Source: Octopus vulgaris (lineage: Eukaryota). Taken from it: a stretch of DNA of 64,000 nt. The position numbers and the translations under genes were made by a program. The notes under the pieces were generated by a model. That model was not told where the DNA came from. It saw nothing but the letters and a program-made list of their open reading frames with translations, and made no database searches. Positions 1 to 11,047 of this stretch are shown in pieces. The number at the start of each line of letters is the position of its first letter. The first letter of the stretch is position 1. The stretch is taken from the NCBI GenBank assembly GCA_951406725.2, contig OX597825.1, positions 36,580,001-36,644,000 of the forward strand, in the 5' to 3' direction.

Positions 1-844
1 AAGAATTTATTGTTCCAAAAATAACATCCATCGGCACAAAAAATTGGAAAGCTGAATTGAAGCTTAATAGAAACGCAAATACATAACAAATCAAGTGAAA
101 CAATTCTGAGAAAAAATTAAGACAAAAACAAACAAAAAAAACACCCTGAATGATAGGTATAACATTAAATAACATAACTATAAATATTGGAATCCTTAAA
201 TCAAAATTAATATCCAACTTAATAGATTTAAAAGATACAGCTTATTTCAATTTTACCCCTCTGAAAACAAACCTCAAAAGATCCGTAGGACGATATGTAA
301 CAAGTATATTGGATTCAAATTTTGACACAAGGCTAGTAATATCGTGGTGTGGGTGTTGGGTTAAGTCGATTAACACAACACCCACTAATTTTATCAACCC
401 CGAAAGGATGAAAGGTGAAGTCGATCTAGGCGTGATTTAAACTCAGAACGTGAAGATAGACGACATGCCGGGAAGCATTTTGCTTGGCGTGCTAACGATT
501 CTGTTCTGCCAGAAAGAGCTATTAAAAAAATTAATCTATTTTAAAAAGAAAAAAAATAATAAGTATCTAAATGGAGCACAAAAGTAATTGACCAGAAGAA
601 TATTAGAGAACGCAAGAAATTAAATATCCATCTCCCCAAATCTACTTGGTTTGAGATTTGCTTTAGACAGTTCCACAAATCCAAAAAGCTCTGATTTTTG
701 GTGTTTGTCCATTTGATATACTGGACAGCTAAATAACGCCAACCTTCCGTATCATGCTCCTAGATGGCTTCATACCAGGAACAACACTGAACCCAAAGAA
801 ACGACCAACAGATGATCCATCTAATTATCATTATGTATGGTTGC

Positions 845-1045
845 GAGCTGGCAGAATCGTTAGCACACCGAGCAAATGCTTAGTGGTATTTCGTCCGTCT
901 TTACATTGGAAGTTCAAATTTCGCCGAGGTCAACTTTACCTTTCATACTTTTGGGAGTTCGATAAAATAAGCATCACCTGAACACTGGGGTCGATGTAAT
1001 CGACTTATCCCTTGCCTTCAATTTCAGGCCTTGTGCCTATAACAA
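845..1045 (+). mobile_element. tRNA-derived SINE family 1 (core GCCTTTCATCCTTTCGGGGTCGATAAA); other copies near 360-512(-), 4669-4880, 4910-5097, 12400-12592, 16365-16555(-), 16590-16780(-), 35590-35800, 40580-40960(-, two), 43110-43298(-), 63070-63482(-)
   Basis: Many dispersed similar copies with A-box-like and B-box GAGTTCAAATTCC; the central domain resembles Meta/MESC-type SINE cores (from memory, unverified). Confidence 0.85.
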
Positions 1046-1133
1046 AAACTATTATATTATTAATTAGCTGCAGTCATTGTGACTATCACTGTGTATGACT
1101 TTGGTATGACTTGATAACCTTTCTCCAAACTGT

Positions 1134-1370
1134 TCATTTTTTCGCTTGGGTTTGCCATTTATTTTGAACAATTCCTTTCCTTTTTGCAGTATCCTTGAAT
1201 CTCAGTTTAGGTCTTCCATGGTTTCTTTCCCTCTTGCGCATAGTTGAGAGTAAAGGATTTTGTTTGGAGAGTCTGCTGTTGTTCATCTTGTGTACTTGAC
1301 CCAACCAACGAAAATTTTCCTCAATGGGGATTTCCATCATAGGTGGCGGACCGTAGGATCTCTTCATTCT
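1134..1370 (-). mobile_element. RTE-like LINE 3' fragment
   Basis: RWLGQVHKM...GRPKLRFKD matches the RW.GH..RM...GRP..RW.D C-terminus of RTE ORFs. Confidence 0.7.
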
Positions 1371-1429
1371 TGATCTTGTGAAAGAGAGTAATTAACGCTC
1401 TATTACTTGTTTGCTAGTAATTCTATATA

Positions 1430-1642
1430 CGAGTGAGTGCTGAAAAGTTCCTCGCTTTGGCTAAACGAAAATGCAGGGGGATCAATTAAATATGAATTTA
1501 GGCACATTTCCCCCTCAGATTCACACACTTATTGCAGTGGTCCTTTAGTTTTTCTAAGCGCTATAAAAGAACTGGGAAGGTTGGGCCCTCAGCCATGCCT
1601 TTCGCGACACCCTTAAAACTAGGAACTTTTCAGCACCCCTCG
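1430..1642. mobile_element. Tc1/mariner-type MITE
   Basis: TA-CGAG...GTGCTGAAAAGTTCC and GGAACTTTTCAGCACCCCTCG-TA terminal inverted repeats with TA duplication. Confidence 0.8.
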
Positions 1643-2112
1643 TATACTATTCTGCAATATGTTACCCTACATAATGATGCAGTTTAGTTCCTGCAGAGTA
1701 CAATGTTTATATGGTCTGGAACAATGGAACAATCAATTCGCTTTTCATTTTTTATTTAAGCAGTCTATTGGATGATGCAAAAAGTACGCTAAAAGAACCT
1801 GTCATCGATGGATTATAAGGTGTTAACCTTTTATCTTCTGCTTGTTTCAGTCATTGGACTCGGACCATACTGGGGCATCACCTTGAAGGTTTCAGTCGAA
1901 TAAATTGACCCCATTACTTATTTGAAGTCTGGCACTTATTCTATCAGATCTTTTGCCGAACCGCTGAGTTCCGGGAACACAAAAAGAAATCAACAGCAGT
2001 TAAGTGGTTGGGAAAGAAGCAGAAACTCAAAGACACACAGCTACACACACACATACACACAAAGACACACAGCTACACAAACACACACACACACACACAT
2101 ACACATATATAC

Positions 2113-2146
<34 letters not shown>

Positions 2147-2147
2147 A

Positions 2148-2450
2148 GGCGCGTGGCTTAGTGATGAGGGTATTTGGCTCATGATCATGAGGCCGAGAGT
2201 TCAATTCCCGGTGATACGTTGCGTCCTTCAGCAAAACACTTTATTTCACATTATTCCAGTCAAAAGTGAGTAATCCAAACCCTGTATTTCAAAGTGTCAA
2301 CCTTGTCACATTCTGAGTCATGCTTAATCCCCCCCGAAAACAACCTTAAGGGTACGCCTGTCTGTGGAGTACTCAGCCACTTGCACGTTAATTTCACGAG
2401 CAGGCTGTACCGTTGATCGGATCAACTGGAATTCTCGTCGACGTAAGCGA
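2148..2450 (+). mobile_element. tRNA-derived SINE family 3; inverted copy near 15345-15650
   Basis: A box TGGCTTAGTG, B box GAGTTCAATTCC; body shared with 15345-15650 (minus). Confidence 0.7.
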
Positions 2451-2522
2451 CGTAGTATCAGCTATACATACATACATACATATACACACACACACACACA
2501 CGCACACACACACAAACACACA

Positions 2523-2596
<74 letters not shown>

Positions 2597-2618
2597 CATA
2601 CATACATACACACACACA

Positions 2619-2790
2619 CGGCAGCCTTCCACACAGTTTCCTTCTACCAAGTTCACTCACAATGCTTTGGTCGATCCGGGGGTACAGTAGACAGAAAACA
2701 TTTGCCTAAAGTGCCGCGCAGTTGAACTGAACCCCAAGCCACATGGCTGCAAAGCGAACAGTGAACTTCTTAATCACACAACCATACCTG
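2619..2790 (-). mobile_element. tRNA-derived CORE-like SINE family 2; other copies near 41272-41432(+), 42985-43325(-, split), 45783-45868(+), 47700-47860(-), 56058-56215(-)
   Basis: Recurring GGTTCAGTCCCACTGCGTGGCACCTTGGGCAAGTGTCTT; CCTTGGGCAAGT is CORE-domain-like. Confidence 0.8.
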
Positions 2791-2955
2791 CATCATTGAG
2801 CCTCACGTTAGTTTCGAACACAGTTTTGCATATTCTCCAAGATGTATCGAATTTTCGTTTTAAGGCTGAAAAACTTTTACATTCAAATTAATGCTTTCCT
2901 CTCTATTTAAATAATGTCTCACTCTCCTTATTATTGAAATATGTTTCATCTTCAG

Positions 2956-3200
2956 CTGCATAACTTGAAGGAACATTTAAAACAAACCAAATTAGACGTG
3001 GAGAAAGTAATTCCTTCAAAGAACTTCAAGGGTCCAGCAGTCATTGACTGGGAAAATTGGCGTCCTTTGTATGAAAGAAACTTTGGTGATAAGAGGATAT
3101 ACAAAAAACTTGCGATAGCTGATGTACAAAAACAACATCCTAGTTGGAATGTAGCAGAAGTAAACTTCGATGCTGAAATCCAATTCGACGAGGCTGCAAG
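2956..3200 (+). CDS. Hyaluronidase-family (GH56) gene A, coding exon 2 (first coding exon not found in window)
   Basis: ttcAG acceptor at 2954-2955; LHNLKEHL...GPAVIDWENWRP (catalytic D-x-E motif of GH56)...FDEAA; donor GTAGTA at 3201; 245 bp, same length and phase as exon 2 of gene B. Confidence 0.95.
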
Positions 3201-3678
3201 GTAGTAACTATTCTTAACTATTCTGTATTTATTTTAATTCTTCCTGATTAGAAACGCACCAGCTTTTATACTAAAGCATTTCCATTATTTCAGGAGTGAA
3301 ATAATCGTAAATCGACTTCGCCTACATTTTTGATCTCTCAATTCTAGCCGCCCGCAAAAGTTTATTTTTTCACCGCCATATAACTTTATTACAGTTACCT
3401 AGTCCTAATCCTATAACTGAGTTATGTCTCCTGAAAATTCTGGTAAAACATCGAAATTTAGCTTATCTGTCTGTAACTCGACTAGAAAAAAAAAGAAAAA
3501 ATTATGTAGTTTTCAATATGTTACGTGAGAAGATTGTAACAGGCTTCAAAATACATACATACATACATACATACATACATACTTACATACATACATATGC
3601 AATGTTGAAATACATGGCTTTGATGTAATATATTTGATAGTTTATACACACATACACAAATTAATTTATTTCATCATA

Positions 3679-3783
3679 CGAAGGGTGTATGAAAAGTTTT
3701 GAACCTTCAAAGCCTTTGAGCCTTGAAGTCTTGTACCATGTTTTTTTCTTTTTTGAGGCTCAAGACTTTTCATACACCCCTCG
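3679..3783. mobile_element. Short mariner-type MITE in intron 2 of gene A
   Basis: TA-CGAAGGGTGTATGAAAAG ... CTTTTCATACACCCCTCG-TA. Confidence 0.8.
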
Positions 3784-3803
3784 TATATTTAATATCATTT
3801 CAG

Positions 3804-3926
3804 AAAACTGATGTCGTCTACTTTAGAGCTGGGTGAAAAATTACGAAGTGAAGGTAGATGGGGATTTTATGGTTTCCCCAGAATATACCAGAAAATACCA
3901 GAGCAAACAAGAATTGCCAACGATAG
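3804..3926 (+). CDS. Hyaluronidase gene A, exon 3 (not in ORF track)
   Basis: tttcAG acceptor; (R)KLMSSTLELGEKLRSEGRWGFYGFPRIYQKIPEQTRIAND(R); donor GTGAGT at 3927; 123 bp, phase 2-2. Confidence 0.93.
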
Positions 3927-4198
3927 GTGAGTATGATTTCCTTATATACTTTGTTTCATGTATTTAGGAACATGCTCAACTGGTTAAGGCTAGGCAACAG
4001 ACAAGCAAATGTGGTATTGAGCAGAATATTTGTTGTAGTCCATCTTTCACACCAAGACAGAACATTTACGTTAACAATTCCATTCAGTTAAGGCCAGAAG
4101 TCATGCGAGCCACTGCCTGGTATTGCATCAGGACATATACACTTCCTGGTAATTGTATCAGGGCATAACCACTGACTGATATTGCATCAGTGCATTGC

Positions 4199-4238
<40 letters not shown>

Positions 4239-4239
<1 letters not shown>

Positions 4240-4572
4240 GAGTGAGAGAGCAGTTCATGCCATCAAAGTGACACTGGGGTAAAATATACGAAGCCCAATA
4301 TACCCATCATGACTACCCGTCTGATAAAGGTACACCAGGCACATGCATCACAACCATATGTGCGCGACATGGTGATCTCATATCAAGATAAACAGCACAT
4401 GACCTTGCAGGTGGGGCCCAGTTAGAATTTTCTTCAGGTTGAGTAGCCCATCCCGCTCAAACGGTCCCTGAATAAGGGTTGTTTAAGGATGTTGAAAGAA
4501 CCACCCATGTTTCCAGAGGTGAACTATTCAAACCCCAAAGAATCCCTCTCAACACATGGCTATGATGCTCCT
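4239..4572 (-). mobile_element. Short interspersed element inserted in a (TTA)n tract
   Basis: Non-coding ~330 bp flanked by (TTA)n on both sides; a piece recurs in inverted orientation near 45432-45468; strand is a guess. Confidence 0.5.
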
Positions 4573-4573
4573 C

Positions 4574-4659
<86 letters not shown>

Positions 4660-5096
4660 TACTATACAAGGCGATGAGCTGGTAGAATCGATGGCACGCT
4701 GGACGAACTGCTTAGCGGTATTTCGCCCGTCGCTACGTTCTGAGTTAAAACTTCGCCGAGGCCGACTTTGCCTTTCATCCTTTCAGGGTCGATAAATTAA
4801 ATACCAGTGAAACACTGCAGTCGATGTAATCGATTAGTCCCCTCCCACCAAATTTTAGGCCCTCGTGCCTATTTTAGAAATGATAACCATTATTATCTTT
4901 ATTATCTAAGGCTGTGAGCTGGCAGAATCGTTAGCATTTCGTCCGTCGCTACGTTCTGAGTTCAAACTCTGCCGAGGTCGACTTTGCCTTTCATCCTTTC
5001 GGAGTCGATGAAATAAGAACCAGTTACGCAGTGGGGTCGATGTAATCGACTCGCCCCTCCCACAAAATTTCAGACCATGTGCCTTAAGTGGAAAGG

Positions 5097-5274
<178 letters not shown>

Positions 5275-5858
5275 CCCAAGTATCCTGATGTTTTTTTCTC
5301 ATTCATCCTACTGCTACACGATGGAGTATTTCATCGTGCTACACAGTGATATTATACAAACTTTTACTCAGATATGTGTTTGATGTTTGATACACCCTTA
5401 CCGGTACCACATCCTATCCACGAACAAAACTCTTCAATTTCACTAGATTCGCTTCATTTCAATAGGTACCTTGTATCGGTACAATATTTTTCACAAACAA
5501 ACAGTAAGCAAATCATAACTATTTCAACTATTTCCTCAGCGCGCAGAAAACAATGAAAAGCTGGTTCCGTCTGACCATTTAATTATAGTTCAGTTAACAT
5601 AGAGGCCTGTTATGAATCACTCATTTTCACATTAAATTCGTTACATATACGAATCTAGAAACTGGACATCCTGTTTGATGGTATAGTTCCCACAAGATTG
5701 TAGAAATTCCATATAACTTCCGGGTCGTCATTCTAATTCACCAAAATAATTACATCTCTGGAAATCCATCCTATTCCATATCATTACTGTAGCTTGTAAA
5801 TAACTGTTCTTACGGAACATTAACGATGTCAATGTCACCGATCATTAGATCGTTCTTA

Positions 5859-5911
<53 letters not shown>

Positions 5912-6179
5912 ACACAGGTGCGTTGTTTTTTTTTTAACAAAACACTTTGTTTCACGTTGCTCCAGTTCACTCAGCCGTTGAAACAAGTTGCGGCGTCACT
6001 AGTGCCAAACCGTATTGTCCTTTGCCTTACCCTTGGGTAACATTCGTGGCGTGGAGAGAGGAGACTGGTGTGCATGGGTGACTGTTGGTCATCAATAAAC
6101 AATCTTGCCCGGACTTGGGCCTCGGGGAGGAATTTTCGAGATGTAATCCCATGGTCATTCATGATCGAAATATGTCTAA

Positions 6180-6180
<1 letters not shown>

Positions 6181-6262
<82 letters not shown>

Positions 6263-6269
6263 AATCTAA

Positions 6270-6344
<75 letters not shown>

Positions 6345-6370
6345 ACGATCGATCGATCTATCTATCTATA
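6181..6370. repeat. (TCTA)n microsatellite
   Basis: Direct reading. Confidence 0.98.
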
Positions 6371-6461
6371 ATCATAAAATAATCTTAATATAAAAAAATA
6401 TATATAAAATTATAACAGTTTCGAAATTAATTTTTCCGCATGTCTTTATATATTTTTTCAG

Positions 6462-6672
6462 ACTTGGCTGGTTATTTTCTTTAAGCTCTGCATTATATCC
6501 ATCAATCTATTTACACTCGAAAAACGACACTTGGCTAAAACACTTCCATTTCGTTGTGAACACTTTAAATGAAACATTCCGAATATATGACAAATTTAGT
6601 TTCAAAAATAAAACGTTTGTGGTTCCTTATGTGAGATTTCGGTATGAACACCCTGAAGTACTTTTTACCAAG
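6462..6672 (+). CDS. Hyaluronidase gene A, exon 4 (true frame not in ORF track)
   Basis: ttttcAG acceptor; LGWLFSLSSALYPSIYLHSKNDTW...VVPYVRFRYEHPEVLFTK; donor GTTCGT at 6673; 211 bp; LYPSIY is a GH56 motif. Confidence 0.93.
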
Positions 6673-7132
6673 GTTCGTTGAGCCTTTCAATTTAATCTTC
6701 TTGTTTTCCCGATTTCATTCTTTTTCTTTCTATCTTTCCTTCTTCCATCTTTTTTGTCTGCTACCTTATTTACTTTTTTATTTGCTTGACTCTGTCGAGA
6801 TCAATCAGAGTCCGACTTGCATAGCAGTATTTCATAGATCAGTACTCTAAATTGAAAGCCACGTGTTGGTTTTCTCTGCAGCACTGTTCGCGGGCTGAAT
6901 TGATTTCTTCTTTGCGAACCATTTAGATCCCAATCTATAGAGAATTTCCCTGAGTGAGCGTTCTGCATAGCTTCTACAGCCCGCTACATCATTTTACCCC
7001 ATTATTACCATAGGAAAAAAAATCAACATATGTCGAATGGCAAACATGTGAATAGATATTGAAGTATTTAAATTTTTTTTCTCAATATTTATATTTATTG
7101 TTAATAGCATCATTTATTTTCTGTTATTCTAG

Positions 7133-7576
7133 GCTGAATTACTGCTTTCCATGACAATACCAGCTGCAACAGGCAGCGCCGGCGTGATTATCTGGGACAG
7201 TTCATTTAGTTATAGAAACCGAGAACATTGCAAAACATTGAAAAATTATGTAACCACAACCCTTGGACCCTTTATTAAAAAACTGACCGAAACTTTCCAA
7301 TATTGCAGTGAGCATCTATGTAATGGTAATGGTCGCTGTGTGAAGTCATGGGGGACAATTGGTGATAGTACATATTGGCGTAATTCTAAAGGGGAGTTTA
7401 ATACATTTGAGGACTTAAAGTTGAATGAGTTTGACAGACGTGAGTTGAAAACCCTTCTTAATATTGTGAACAACGCAACTGAATCGCATTTACTGAAAAG
7501 GGAAATTAAGGACATGTTTACCTGCAAGTGTTATACAAAGTGGACAGGAAAACATTGCGACAACCGCCGGCCATAA
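7133..7576 (+). CDS. Hyaluronidase gene A, last exon with HyalEGF-like domain
   Basis: ttctAG acceptor; AELLLSMTIPAATGSAGVIIWDSS...CSEHLCNGNGRC...CKCYTKWTGKHC, stop TAA ending at 7576. Confidence 0.95.
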   Translation, partial: AELLLSMTIPAATGSAGVIIWDSSFSYRNREHCKTLKNYVTTTLGPFIKKLTETFQYCSEHLCNGNGRCVKSWGTIGDSTYWRNSKGEFNTFEDLKLNEFDRRELKTLLNIVNNATESHLLKREIKDMFTCKCYTKWTGKHCDNRRP

Positions 7577-8585
7577 ATATATATTCTAATATTTTAACGG
7601 GATTTCCTTATCATTGAGAGATGTGGGGTGAATAGGTTGAAATTTTAAATGATACAACTGAAAATATATGAATATGTATTATAAAATAATTTACAGTGAA
7701 AAAATATAGAGAAAAAATATATAAGAAGAGATAAAAAACATTTAATTAAAAGATAAAGTGTTTTTTTTATATGGCCTCAGTGATTTTCTAATTATTTGTT
7801 CAGAATCAAATCTTGAGATAAAGAAATTTATAGATCAGACACGGGCAAACTTTTTCGAGAAATGAGCCACATAAGACACAGTATCATCATCAAGTGGACC
7901 GCACTACTAGAAGAATGAAAACAATTTTATGTTATGCATGTCATTCAAAAAGCCCGTAAGTCCGCGGTCTGCCAATTACTGTTCTACAGCATTTGACATC
8001 TAAAATATATACGCTTAAATCTGGTTTGTATGTATTTGTCTTATTGGCATTTAAATATTTTTCATTCTACCATACTATGGCTGCAGATTCTTCAAAACAT
8101 TACATTCAGTTAGATATATTTCGATATTTAATTATAAATATGCAAATCATTTTCCGTTAATAAAGTGATTATAAAATGACAAAGACTAATGATTTTTTCA
8201 CTGCATTATACAATAAATATGAATGCTTGACGACTTATAGAAGAAATTATATTTTGAATGCCTATGGAAAGACTTCATTTCCCAACCGTATTTGATGACG
8301 CATAATTTGGACTGTTCTCCTTAAAATAACTCCGAGTCCTATATGCACAGTTGTACTCCTCCCCCATAAGCCTTAATGCACCACACATATTTCCTCCTAA
8401 ATCCGAGCTGCTGACATCAGGGTGTGTCTAATATGCTCGTTTTGCTTCTGTAAGATCTTAAAACTTAAAAAATTTTTTAATTTTCTTTTACGAGCAAATG
8501 ACAGAAGACTGTGTACATGGTCACTCAACTAGAAGTAGCAGCTAATTCTCATAAAGATATATATATATATATATATATATACGCA

Positions 8586-8622
<37 letters not shown>

Positions 8623-8646
8623 ACACACACACACACAAACAAACAA

Positions 8647-8677
<31 letters not shown>

Positions 8678-8808
8678 ATATAAATTATATAAATTATATA
8701 TATATATATATATATACAATTTCGGAATTACTACTATTTGCGGTTGGAGTCCTGGCTGCTCTTTCTAGTGGGTCGAATGGACTATTGAAGCCGTTCCTCA
8801 ATTGTTGT

Positions 8809-8846
<38 letters not shown>

Positions 8847-8964
8847 TTTATACATACGTATACGTACATACTTACATATACATATGCATATGTGGCCACA
8901 GGACATCACAAAACATAAACAACAAAAAATACGAAGTACGAGGACATGGAATAAGGACTTTTTT

Positions 8965-9715
<751 letters not shown>

Positions 9716-9764
9716 AGCTATATTAAATCTCCGAGCGAGATATAAACAGTAGCAATACGTAATC

Positions 9765-10055
9765 GTAACATAATTACCAACCGAATGTGGTGTCGAGTTC
9801 AGCAAGAGTTTGTCGCTGGAAAAAGCAAATAGTATTTTGCAAGTGGAATGAGTTTTCATCACTAGCTGGTGATTCACACACGCTGAGGACCGGTAACTAT
9901 TTAAAAACTCGAGTCCTTGTGTATCACTTAAGGCTAGAGATGGGAGCGATGACCTCCCCTCGCAAATAGTAATTGGACACAGAATGCGTGCCGTTAGCCA
10001 GCTGGAAGAGGCTTCCTGTATAGGACATCACACTTGGTTGGCAATTATATGTTAC
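9765..10055. repeat. Microsatellite-embedded fold-back element
   Basis: Imperfect terminal inverted repeats 9765-9794 / 10024-10055 plus inner stem 9890-9902 / 9964-9976. Confidence 0.7.
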
Positions 10056-10059
10056 CACA

Positions 10060-10196
<137 letters not shown>

Positions 10197-10452
10197 CATA
10201 TATATTTATATATATATATGCATATAATAGAAATATTAAAATTACTAAGTCTCTCTAAAAGAGAACAGCGGCAGCGTTCCCGGAAAATAATAGTTATCGC
10301 CATACTAATATGGCATTCTTATAAAAATAAGAAAAGCTGTCCGCTTATTAGCTCCATGAGGCCATCGCCTTAAGTTAGCTATTTGATACACAAACTGTAT
10401 CCATATAACCTTCGAACAAGGAGGTCAGTCGCTCCACACTACTTGACCGGCA

Positions 10453-10494
10453 GCTACAGACGCGTTTCGGGGTATTGCCCCTTTTCAATGCAGC
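10453..10494 (-). ncRNA. Identical inverted copy of the U3-A8 hammerhead candidate
   Basis: Exact reverse complement of 10698-10739, within the 248-bp inverted repeat. Confidence 0.72.
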
Positions 10495-10697
10495 GTAGCC
10501 AGCCAGTAGGTGTCGCTTCCGACAATCTCTGTTCGATGGTTTTATTTACCTAGTTTCGGTGGAATACATCCACTTGTTTTCAATAATAGAAATATTAAAA
10601 TTACTAAGTCTCTCTAAAAGAGAACAGCGGCAGCGTTCCCGGAAAATAATAGTTATCGAACAGAGATTGTCGGAAGCGACACCTACTGGCTGGCTAC

Positions 10698-10739
10698 GCT
10701 GCATTGAAAAGGGGCAATACCCCGAAACGCGTCTGTAGC
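10698..10739 (+). ncRNA. Minimal type-I hammerhead ribozyme candidate, U3-A8 core variant
   Basis: gctgca-TTGAAAA-gggg(caata)cccc-GAAA-cgcg-TC-tgtagc: 6-bp stem I, 4-bp G-C stem II, palindromic stem III (ACGCGT), GUC cleavage triplet. Confidence 0.75.
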
Positions 10740-10906
10740 TGCCGGTCAAGTAGTGTGGAGCGACTGACCTCCCTTGTTCGAAGGTTATATGGATACAGTT
10801 TGTGTATCAAATAGCTAACTTAAGGCGATGGCCTCATGGAGCTAATAAGCGGACAGCTTTTCTTATTTTTATAAGAATGCCATATTAGTATGGCGATAAC
10901 TATATA

Positions 10907-10947
<41 letters not shown>

Positions 10948-10983
10948 CATATTTATATATATATATATGCATATATATATATA

Positions 10984-11047
<64 letters not shown>

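Larger units (their letters stand above)
10224..10903. repeat. (TA)n-embedded element with a 248-bp near-perfect inverted repeat and a 76-bp direct repeat
   Basis: 10290-10537 is the reverse complement of 10655-10903 (1-nt indel); 10224-10299 = 10583-10658. Confidence 0.92.

Noticed and set aside
150-2950. Search for the first coding exon of gene A (WNxP...NGGIPQ)
   Set aside because: Not found by eye; the region holds only repeats, so the exon is assumed to lie upstream rather than the gene being called a pseudogene
5514-5546. Minus-strand CTGAGGA...GAAA...TA hammerhead core
   Set aside because: Stem II has only 2 A-U pairs and stem I does not form
6644-6850. 68-aa hydrophobic ORF
   Set aside because: Out-of-frame overlap of exon 4 of gene A with a pyrimidine-rich intron
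8717-8810. Minus-strand TTGAGGA...ccGAAA resembling the 9.8-kb element
   Set aside because: Stem II cannot be closed in register, and the middle matches a common dispersed repeat fragment
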